Part shown: positions 50,944 through 64,000 of the stretch, in pieces
How positions within the stretch are numbered: position 1 is the stretch's first letter
Layout of the letters: each line of letters opens with the position of its first letter
From: the human T2T-CHM13v2.0 reference genome, Homo sapiens
Length of the DNA stretch: 64,000 nucleotides
Reading direction: 5' to 3' (one strand)
Assembly (NCBI RefSeq): GCF_009914755.1
Contig: NC_060930.1
Made by a program: the position numbers and the translations under genes
The notes under the pieces: generated by a model
Told to the model about the DNA's origin: nothing
The model's database searches: none
The model's input: only the letters and a program-made list of their open reading frames with translations

Positions 50944-51080
50944 GTATGATCTATACATTTAAAAAGCTATCAACATATATACTCAGGATATAAGTAATAG
51001 TTTGATTATTATGAAAGCTCTTTAAAGGGTATGACTTTTAACTAAAAGGACATCCGTTAGGTTTAAAATATCATGTTTTG

Positions 51081-51398
<318 letters not shown>

Positions 51399-52092
51399 TT
51401 ACTGGATTGGGGTCTTCATTTAAGTTTGCTTTATTCTTATCCCTGAATTACCTTGCATTTAATATGTTGAAATGATGGTTCAACTTCACACTGTAGCTTA
51501 GAATATGGGGTAATTATAGACTGTCAAAAGTGGCAGAGGAGAGTGCTTAAATATTAATATTAATGTATTTAATATTAACTAGATGAGATGATCATCAAAT
51601 TGAAGATTGTCTATTGATTTCTGACATATTGGCTACATAGAACAAGCCTGTCATTTTAGATGTGCTGGTCTGTGTGTCATGGCAGCATGGTGTAGTAAAC
51701 AAACTCAGAGGCTTTGGAGTTAGATAAACCTGGGTAGGATTCTCTGCCTGTTACTAGCTATGTGTTCCTTCCCAGGTTGCTTTACTTCTCAGAGCCTTGG
51801 TGTCTTTAGTTGTAAAACTGGGATATCAGTGCCTCCTGTGCTGGAATCAGGATTAAAGGAGATAACACAAATAAGGTTATGGCACATGTTATTGCTCAAG
51901 AAAAATTTAGTTTTATGTCAAGCTTTCTTTGCAGATGTCCTCCTAAAATGTTCACCAAATTATGCTTGGCTCAAGATGCAAGTTTCTAGACTTAGCCTTC
52001 TAAATTAATTTATAACTCAAGCCTCTTTTGGATGAAAACCTAGCTCTAAAGGAAAGAAGAGTTTTTTTTTCTTACATTTTTCTTCCTTGTAG

Positions 52093-52212
52093 ATCAGTGA
52101 CTTGTGTGAAATGCATATTGATACAGTTCTGAAGGAGATAGCCAAAACTGTGTTGATTTCTCTGCCTGAAAGTGGTGCTACCAAAGTAGAAGATATGTTG
52201 ACCCTCAATGAG
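52093..52212 (+). CDS. DNAH8: Dynein heavy chain exon N (120 nt, 0-0)
   Basis: ccttgtag|ATC...GAG|gtatgc; ISDLCEMHIDTVLKEIAKTVLISLPESGATKVEDMLTLNE. Confidence 0.92.
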
Positions 52213-52632
52213 GTATGCATTTGTTCATTAAATTAGAATCACAAAAATATTGGCCTATAAACCTAAAATGTGAAATTTCAGTCTAAAAGTAGAAACCTGG
52301 GTCAGTAGCATTTAGACTTTTTTTTTTTGTTTTTTGTGAACATTCTCTGCTCCAAGGACTTTCATGCCTTCAATAGCAAGAGCCCTGGCCACAACCTAGA
52401 CTAACATTTTGTTGATATCCTCAGCCTAATGCTGGCGTTTCCTGGGGCTCTGTAAGTGGTTCACAGCTCTCTTCCACTGTGCATGGCTACCAGGGCCATA
52501 TCATTTTTCTCATGGCTTTAACTCCAACATACTTTCCCTCTAAGTCACTCAGAAACCTGGGAATCATCTAGACTTCTTTCCTCACCCCTTCATTTCCTAT
52601 ATCCAGCCAGTCCTGAGAGGCTTAGCCAGGAC

Positions 52633-52924
<292 letters not shown>

Positions 52925-53314
52925 TAGGATTTTTTTCTTACTTAGATTTTGCTTGAGTTTCAGCCTGTTCTTTCCCTTTCTAGGTCAGGTCGTTACTGCT
53001 CATTTTGACTTTAGCAATTCATTTGGTGATCCAACTGGTCTCGCTGCTTCCATGTTTACCCTGACACATCCATCCACATTGCCATCAAATCTGATTGTGA
53101 AATGCCCCAGCTTAAATCCTTCTTGGCAGTGGCACATAGTCCTTGCAGGATAAAATGTAACCTCTTCAGCATTGTTATGTTGAAACTATTTAGATACCTG
53201 TTTATCCTCCATTGACTCAAAAGCACAAAGACAGGAACCCTGTCTAAACATTTTCAAGGACCAGCACATAATGCAACCTCTCTTATAAATTCAAGACATA
53301 CATTTATGTTTTGA

Positions 53315-53620
<306 letters not shown>

Positions 53621-53709
53621 TAAAATTATTTGTTCTCAGTTTTGGGGTCTTGACTATAACTGAGACAACACTAAACAACCCATTACATTAAATTAGTTAA
53701 TTAATTTAG

Positions 53710-53852
53710 TTTTTTGAGATGAGGTCTGCCACCCAGCCTGGAGTGCAGTGGCAAGATCATGGCTCACTGCAGACTAGAATTCCTGGGTTTATGTGATTCT
53801 CCTACCTCATCCTCCCAAAGTGCTGGGATTATAAGTGTGAGCCACCTTGCCC
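53710..53852 (-). mobile_element. Alu monomer
   Basis: single-arm antisense Alu-like sequence. Confidence 0.75.
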
Positions 53853-55835
53853 GTGAGATGACCCGTTTTAACATCCTGTTCTTGGTGTGTTCAAGTTTAA
53901 GATGATTATATCTTCTGGATTGGGTGTTCCTCTATCATTATTAAGTTTTTTATCCTTAAGTTATTTTGTTTGATATTGATGTAATTATACCAGCTTTTTT
54001 CAGGTTACTATTTTTCAGATGTGTCTTTTTCCATTTTATGACTTTCGTCCTTTTTGGATTCTCCTATTTTAGATTTTGTTCTTGTAAAGAACATTTAACT
54101 GTGTTTTATTTTTAATCTATTCTGAAAGTCTGTTTTTAAAAAACTGGTAATTTTGACCTATTTACATTAATTGTAACTATTAATTAATATTTTTGGAAAT
54201 ACTTCTACTCCCTGCCCTCTTTTTAAAATTTATTAACTTATCTATTTCTAGATGTTATTTTATATTCTTTTTCAAATATATGTGATCTTTTTCTCATGTC
54301 TTTATTCTATTTTTCTTTAGACATTAAAAAATATTTTATATTTTACAACATAATTTCACTATCTGAAAAAAATGGGGGAGTCTAATTCTGCTCTGTGCTG
54401 TTTCTACCAACTCTTGCCCAGAGTGGCTTGTTTCTTCCTGTTTTTTACAGTTTTGGATTGGGAGCTAATGCACACACATCTATTTGTGGGAATGCTGGAC
54501 AGCCTTGGTTGAGAACCTGTTTCTTTTTATTTATTTCTATGTGATGCCTAGGAGTTTTACCAAGTTGGGACAACTTTATGTTGGTTTCTCAGAGGATAGA
54601 ATTTCTAAAGCTTCATAGATTGTATAAACTCAAGCCCCAAACCTATGTAAGGGTAAACTAGTTGTAAATTCCCAAGGGAGAATTTGCTCCCCGCCAGCCC
54701 AGAGCCTCAACCAAGGTAGCTGACTTTCCTTTCTCGTCCACTCTTTCCCTGAGGGCCTAGCCCTTGATTTACCTGATATTAAGCAAGGGTGGGGATGGGG
54801 TAGGTCTCATTTCTAGCCTCTCACCCTTGTGAGGGATCCAAGGCCTTAATTTTTTTTTTTTTTGGTTATGAAAAAACAAAGCCCATAGAAGCTATGGTTT
54901 CAGGTTGCTTTTTATTTTAGTTTCTATGCTTTAAAAAAATTGAGATGTAACATATACTCAGAAAAGTGCACAAATTTTAAGTGCACCATTCAATGAACGT
55001 TTACATATGATACACCCTTGTAACTGTCTCCATGATCAAGATATGGAACACTTTCTGTATCCCAAGTGATTCCTTTGTGCTTTACTCCAGCCAGTTACAC
55101 TTCCTTCCCACCCCTAAAAGTAATCACCATTTGACTTCTATCACTGTATATTAGTTTCGCCTGTTTTTGAACTTCATGTAAATGGAATGGTGCAGAATAT
55201 ATTCTCTATTTCTGACTTCTTTTGCTCAGTGTTATATGTATGAGATTCATCTTTGCAGTTGTGACACATTCGTTCTTTCATTTCAACTTCTCATTGCTGT
55301 ATAGTATTACATAATACGGATTTAGTACAGTTTATTTGTTCATTCTACTCTTGAGGGCATTTAGATTGTTTATAGCTTTTGGTTATATACTAAGAATTCT
55401 TGTAAATTTTTTTTTTGTGGACTTAAGCACTAATTTGGTGGATATATACCCCAAAGGGAAATTGTTGAGTCATAGATTATGAATATATTTAGCTTTAATA
55501 GAAATTGTCTTTTTAGAGTTTGTCTCTGAACTAGGAGCCAGACAAGTTCACGCATTACATTTGATTGAAATATCTCTTTAAGTTTTAAAAATCATTTCCC
55601 ACTCCCCACTCTTTGTTTTGGCTGACAACTTTTTTATTGTGATAAAATATACTAACATAGCATTTACCATTTTAACCATTTTAAGTGTACAATTTAGTGG
55701 CATTAGGTACATTCCCAATGTTGTATAACCATCACAATGATCTATTTCCAAAACTTTTTCATCATCTCAAACTAAAACTCTCTACCAATTATACAGTAAT
55801 TCTCCAGTGGTAGTGCTAAGACTCAAGAGTGTAAG

Positions 55836-56180
<345 letters not shown>

Positions 56181-56514
56181 TCAAGCAGTATGCCCAGTCA
56201 CTTGCCCTGGAGTGATCTAAGATCTAGTAACAGTTGGGCTGTCTTCTCACAAACCTACCAGCAAGTGGCGTTATAGTGAAGCCAGAGTATGATTTGTAAT
56301 GACAGGGCAAGTTGGATCACACTCCTGACTGCAATCAGTTTTGGAAACACAATATATGTAACATTAATTTTTTGAGACAAAGTTGGTTTGGGCCAAACTG
56401 TGGTTTCAGATCGTATTTGGGAATCAGGGCTATTTGCAGTCAGGGCAGTGTTCCTTGTCTTGGCGCATCCAAGGGTGGTTTAGGACAGATTATGTGAATT
56501 ATTAAAAAGCTTTC

Positions 56515-57532
56515 TTCTGTTAGTTTCCAGTTGTTCTTTCTGTCCTGTGATCCTAGGGCTGATAGTACTTTCCTCCTTGGCCAGCTGGGTCCCTTTTAGG
56601 ATTTACCAATGGGTGTGCTAGAAGGATGCTGGAGGAGAGAGAAGGGACTTGCTCTTTCCTGATTTGCCTCCTGTTCCTGACACTACTGCACCCACAACAA
56701 CTCTTCACTCTGCCAACAGCACTTAGTCACAGCCCTGGCTTTCCCAGCCCTTCCAGAGCCAGCCCCGTGTGCCTTTCACGGTACCAGCATCATGAGGTCC
56801 CTCTCTGAGCTCCTGAGGTAGCAGTGCCGGCTGGGCAGCCCCCTCACTTCTCTGCTCCAGGTTCTAATAACTCCATCCTCATCCCAAGTCCTAGGGATGC
56901 TAGCTTCTTCCTGCTGTAACTGTTATATCTCTGTGTGCCGTCAGTGTCCCTGTAAGCATTTTGGGTCCTTTTAAGGGAGGAGACCACCCCTCATATTGTC
57001 TTATGCCCAATTTCTGCCTCCAAAGAAAGAAGTAAAAACTAAAAGGCAGAAATGAAATCCACAGGCAGACAGCATGCACCACACCCTGGGCCTGGTAGTT
57101 AAAGATCGACCCCTGACCTAACTGGTTATGTTATCTATAGATTCCAGACATTGTATGGAAAAGCATTGTGAAAATCCCTGTCCTGTTCTGTTTCGTTCTG
57201 ATTACCGGTGCATGCAGCCCGCAGTCACGTACCCACTGCTTGTTCAGTCAATCACAGTCCTCTCATGGGGACCTGCTTAGAGTTGTAAGCCCTTAAAAGG
57301 GACAGCAATTGCTCACTCGGGGAGCTCGGTTTTTGGAGACATGAGCCCGCCGATGCTCCCAGTTGAATAAAGCCCTTTCCCTCCACAACTCGGTGTCTGA
57401 GGGGTTCTTGTCTGCGGCTTGTCCTGTACACTTTAACTGTGTTTAACCCATCCTCCATATTAAATTCTCTAATTTTATTTGTTACAATAGCTGGTGTGTC
57501 TTCCGTTTTCCTGACTGGAGCCTAACTGATAA
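56515..57532 (+). mobile_element. LTR33-like (ERVL) solo LTR split by LTR2
   Basis: 3' end attaaattctct...ttttcctgactggagcctaactgata; text continues across the insert. Confidence 0.65.
56972..57430 (+). mobile_element. LTR2 (HERV-E/Harlequin) solo LTR
   Basis: taagggaggagaccacccctcatattgtcttatgccc...gtctgcggcttgtcctgtaca; 4-bp TSD cttt; AATAAA 57366-57371. Confidence 0.9.
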
Positions 57533-57649
57533 CTTCTGTCTCGATAGATCTACCAATGGAATAGAAAATCAAGGAAATGTTATGATCCAAGTTAAACACT
57601 GTTAAATAATTAATGAGTATTAGCAATTCTGTCAACAAAATCAACTTGG

Positions 57650-58625
57650 GGCTGGACGCGGTGACTCATGCCTGTAATCCCAGCACTTTGGGAGGCCAAG
57701 GCAGGTGGATCACTTGAGCTTAGGAGTTTGACACCAGCCTAGCCAACATGGCAAAGCCCCATCTCTACTAAAAGTATAAAAATTAGTCGGGGGGCGGTGG
57801 TGGTGCATGCCTGTAATCCCAGTGAAAGGAGAGGCCAGCTAGGCTTCTTAAGTCGAGTAAAGGCTCAGAAAGCTGTGAAACTCACTCATTTCCTGCCTCA
57901 AGCCTTACTTTAGTCCTAGATAAATAATAGTGAAGATATATGCTTAAAATATTCCTAACACCAGGGTTTGTGCATGTTTTCTTCCCTAAGAAAGCTATAA
58001 ACAGTGAAAATTTTGCTGTAAGCTTCCCTGTGTCCTCTCTCCCTCTCTCCCTTTCCCCTCCCCTGAAACTAAAAGGAATTTTAATTGCCCGTTTGTTTGT
58101 GACCAGCAGACCTTATCTATGCTTCCAATTCCAATTCCTTGTAAAAATACTGTGAGATCCTGTCTCCTTTACTACGCCGCTGCAAAGTCATAAAGTAGAT
58201 GAAACCTAAGTTGCAATTCAGGTTTTCCTCAAGATCTAAGACATGTTAATTGTCTTTGTTTCTCACTCTAGTAACATCTCCCCGCTGCACATATTTCCCA
58301 CCTTAAAAAGTTTAAAAAGTGATCAAAGAAGGTAACGCTGGCTACCGGCTGAAGACCCCTTCCACGCTGTGGAAGCTTTGTACTGTCACTCTGCTCAATC
58401 AAGCCTACAGCTTTTTTTCTCTTAGTCGGTGTCTCCATCACTCGCAGCTGCCACGCCAATTCTTCGGCTTGGCTAAGGCAAAAACCTTTAGCATTACACC
58501 AGCTACTTGGGAGGCTGAAGCAGGAGAATCGCTTGAACCTGGGAGGCGGAGGTTGCAGTGAGCCGAGACCGTGTCCACTCCAGCCTGGGCCACAGAGCGA
58601 GACTCCGTCTCAAAAAAAAAAAAAA
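57650..58625 (+). mobile_element. AluS split by an LTR
   Basis: ...cctgtaatcccag [LTR] ccagctacttgggagg...; Alu TSD aaaatcaactt. Confidence 0.92.
57823..58498 (+). mobile_element. ERV1 solo LTR (LTR30-like), 676 bp
   Basis: TG...CA ends, 4-bp TSD ccag (57819-57822 / 58499-58502); ggctcagaaagctgtgaaactcactcatttcctgc matches LTR30 as recalled. Confidence 0.8.
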
Positions 58626-58634
58626 ATCAACTTT

Positions 58635-58865
58635 GCTCTATAGAGACAAAAGCACATTAGTGGTTGCCAGAGCTGTGGAGATGGGGAAATGGGGTGACTG
58701 CTAATGGGTATAGGGATGCTTTCTGAGGTGATGAGAATATTATGGAATTAGATAGTGGTCATGGTTGCACAAGTCTGTGAATATACTAAAAACCAGTAAG
58801 TTACACACTTCACAAGGTTAATTTTGTAGAATGTGGATTATATCTTAATTAAAACAAAATTTAAA
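58635..58865 (+). mobile_element. L1MB/MC 3' end
   Basis: ttagtggttgccagag...gactgctaatgggtat...gatagtggtcatggttgcaca. Confidence 0.8.
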
Positions 58866-60124
58866 AATCAATATAACTGTCTCCTAGTCCCTGGCGTACC
58901 CCTAAGGCACTTCTTTAGTGTTCAGTCTGTTTCTTACTGAGTTTTAAGAATGGTCTTAGTCCTCAAGGAGTAGCGAGTCTTCTCAAGAAGAGATGGAGTC
59001 CTTATTAGGACAGGATGCTTTACTTTGTGTGGCCTCAACTGTTCATGACGTGTTATAGAGGTAGTATTTGCAGTGACATTATTTTGCCACTTGTTGAACA
59101 TAAGAGGAAGGTGGCTGAGCCATTGGGTTGCCAGCTGACACAGGACATCTGTGCAGTGGAATGTGTATGTCTAAGTTTCTTACCCTTGGTATTGATGGCA
59201 GTGTGGGTCGTTGTGATTATCTGAAGTGGCCCAATTCAGCAAGGATTAAAGAAGTTTGTTTTGCACGTGTTCTTTGATCAGAGTTCAGACACAGGGTTGG
59301 AGTTGAGGCACAGGGATTGTGTATGGGACAGTATCAGTGAAGATCCCAGCAGGGTGAGATACCGCAGGAGTCCCAGTGGTGGGAAGTCATCACCACCACT
59401 AGGGCTGAAGGGACCAGGGAAGAAAATTGTGCTTTCAGAGCCCAGTAAAAGCTGAAGCCATGTGGCAGGGCTCTACCAGAGATGCAGCCTCCAAGCAAGG
59501 AGGGAATGGGAAAGAAATACCCCACCTTCTCTCTCCTATAGCTCTCCTGTCTTCTCTTGGTGCCTCCTCTTGGGTTAAACCCAACTGGAAGTCAGAGAAT
59601 GAGGGAGTCCCACAACGTAGGGCGTGGCAGAGAAAAGTAGAGAATGGTTGGCAGGACATGGAGTGTCTGGCAATATGGCTTTGATGGAGTGACAGGGATT
59701 ATTCATAATTAAAATCATGTAAATAATTTCCACAATCAGAGCTCTTGGCACATTGCTGACTGCTGCTGCATCCATTTTTCCTTCCTTTGGGTTCTATGGA
59801 GAAAGTTTCCACCTCTCTTCAAAACTGAGGTCCTCCAAATGGGCTGTTGATTCCATGCCTACCTGTCTTCTCGGTGACCTTGTTCCGCCAGTTTTCCTTT
59901 CTCCTGTATCCTCAGCGTTGTCCTCTCCACTGGGTCCTTCTCTCCAGCAGTATCATATGCTCTCATGCTTTCCTTGCCGACAGACACTTTCCCACTTCTT
60001 CCTTTGCTTCTCATTTACAACCAGACTTCTCCAAATGCTCGCACATGCTATCTTCACTTTCCCATCTCCTATTAATTTTTGTTTCCCCAATTTCTGGCTC
60101 AAATTATTTCTGGCACAAATTATT

Positions 60125-61840
<1,716 letters not shown>

Positions 61841-62487
61841 CATTAACTTTACTATTATATGGTATTGGAAACGTATGGAAAAATTTGTATGACATTCTCC
61901 CATTTGTTTTGTGGGTATATTCTTTTCAAAAGATTACTGTATGTTATTTTGTCGAGGTTTCTGGATATATCATGGGGATGCCAAGATAAACATGTGTGTT
62001 CATTCTGCCAAGTTAATTAGTGTGTCTGGTTCCTGAGGGGATTTCAAAGCTGGGATGTATAAACACATATGTCCAATCTGCCATGATCAGCTGGAATTGT
62101 CTACTTGCTTAACACTTATTTTCCCTGTTAGACTGAAGTGGCTTCCAGCCTCCGTTACCATTCCAGTGTTTAGCACTGCATTGAATAAATTGAAAAGGAC
62201 AAACTGAATGAATGATGGAGCAAGGTCAGAAGAGTCGGTGGGTGTGGAGAGGATCACAGAATATCCTTGGATAGAAGGAGGGACACCATGTCTCCTGGGA
62301 CTAAAAAATGATGAGAATGCATTCAGATACAGATTAGACAGTCAAGAAAGGAACACATAACACATGGGGGCAAAACATGGGGAATATGGGACTTCCCAAG
62401 GCTTTTCTGGAGAGAAGTTTGCATGGACAGACTTGGGATCCTCTGCAGTTGTGTTCTTGAAGGCCCAAAGTGGCTGCTCCTATTTAC

Positions 62488-62946
62488 ATTTTTTTTTTTG
62501 AGACAGGGTCTTGCTCTGTTGCCCAGGCTGGAATGCAGTGAACATGGCTCACTGCTGCCTCCTGGGCTCAAGCAATCCTCTTGCCTCAACCTCCTGAGTA
62601 GGTGGGACCACAGGCACGCACCACCATGCCTGGCAAAATTCTAAAAAATTTATTGTAGAGATGGGGTCTCGCCATGTTGCCCAGGCTGGTCTCAAATTCC
62701 TGGGCTCAAGCAATCCTCCATCCTCAGCCTCCAAAAGGGTTAGGATTACAGGTATGAGCCACTGCACCCGGCCCTGATTTACTTTTACCTTTTTTTTTTA
62801 GAGATGAGGTCTTGTGCTGTCACCCAGGCTGGAGTGCAGTGGCACGATCATGGCTCCTGCAGCCTTGAACTCCTGGGCATGAGCAATCCTCTTGCTTCAG
62901 CCTCCTGAGTAGCTGGGATTATAGGCACAAGACACTGCATCCAACT
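62488..62946 (-). mobile_element. AluJ plus a tandem Alu right-arm fragment
   Basis: two consecutive antisense Alu units (62488-62773, 62790-62946). Confidence 0.88.
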
Positions 62947-63079
62947 ACTTTTCTTTGTCCTAAAATGAGTGTATTTTGTGGGCATGTCAAAAGACTTATT
63001 GAACTTTATAAACTAGTTTTCTTTTCTGAATTTGACTAGTTCTCAACTTCTTCCTAAAGCATTTGCTAGTAGAAGAGTT

Positions 63080-63320
63080 TAGAAAGACAAAGTGCAGGCA
63101 TTTTGAATCAGACAAAACTGGTTTCAAATAGTTTTTCCAACTACTGTGTGACCTGGGAAAATTTCTTACTCTTTCTGAGCCTCAGTTTTCTCTGCTGTGA
63201 AATGGGGACCATAATATTACTCACCCCATTACTCATCCCAAGATCAGTGTTTAACTAAATGAGTTAATATGTGTAAAGCTCTTAAATTGATGCCTGTTAT
63301 ACAACACCATGCTCAATTAA
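63080..63320 (+). mobile_element. MIR
   Basis: tgtgtgacctgggaaaa...ctgagcctcagttttctctgctgtgaaatgggg. Confidence 0.8.
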
Positions 63321-63716
63321 AAACTTTATCTAATTTAACTCTCCAAACCAATACTCTGGATTGTCTTCTTTTGAAACCACATCTCAGTTTCAACTTCTGG
63401 CATCATCTTCTCTCCACCCCTTCAGCCTTCTTTCTTTTCACCTATGTGAATATCAAGGTAGATTTCTATGTGTGATTGAGTCAGGGATAGGTCAAAGATG
63501 GACTTTTTCATCTTTCTGCTGTTCTTTGGGCCTTAGCAGCTATGCTTTTAGCCATTGACAATTTTGAATCTGAAGCATTATGCCATTTTCAGCTATCTCT
63601 AGCTTTTTTTTTCAAGTGAAGTTAATTATAGTTTTATAAATTAAAGTCATAGGACTAATTTTCACAGTGTTACTTTTAAGTATCTGGAAAATAATAGTCA
63701 TTTCTTTATTTAACAG

Positions 63717-63849
63717 ACATACACAAAAGAATGGGCTGACATTCTAAACCACAAAAGTAAGCATGTGGAAGAAGCTGTCAGAGAACTTATATCAATATTT
63801 GAGCAGATTTATGAAGTGAAATACACTGGGAAAGTAGGAAAACAGTCAG
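63717..63849 (+). CDS. DNAH8: Dynein heavy chain exon O (133 nt, 0-1)
   Basis: tttaacag|ACA...TCA G|gtaact; TYTKEWADILNHKSKHVEEAVRELISIFEQIYEVKYTGKVGKQS; continues the frame from exon N. Confidence 0.88.
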
Positions 63850-64000
63850 GTAACTTTCCTCGTTACTGTGTTTGAATTACAAGATCTACAGATTCGTTCT
63901 TATGTAAGCACCTTCTGCTTAGCAGGTACTGAATTCCAGACCCTCCCTTCCCCAGAAGCAAAGAAGGTGTTCAGCATAAATCACATTGTTTGTACCAACA

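Overview
Primate (almost certainly human) genomic DNA lying wholly inside an axonemal dynein heavy-chain gene on the + strand, best identified as DNAH8 (the DNAH5 paralogue). I spliced 15 coding exons by hand (2251 to 63849, 1918 nt). They form one stop-free frame of about 639 codons of the N-terminal tail and need one GC-AG intron (donor at 40608). The introns are dense with repeats: about 35 Alus, L1 fragments of many ages (two of them 5'-inverted), several solo LTRs, a 7SL retropseudogene, and a DNAJC2/ZRF1 processed pseudogene with its own target-site duplication (TSD) and nested insertions. The most unusual stretch is 31.4-36.1 kb. It does not look like any human repeat I recognise. Its minus strand gives degraded but collinear motifs resembling the RT, RNase H and C-terminal parts of an APE-RT-RNaseH (Ambal-like) non-LTR retrotransposon, a lineage I do not know to be described in humans. 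Family names and consensus comparisons come from memory, not database searches, and repeat boundaries are approximate unless a TSD is given.
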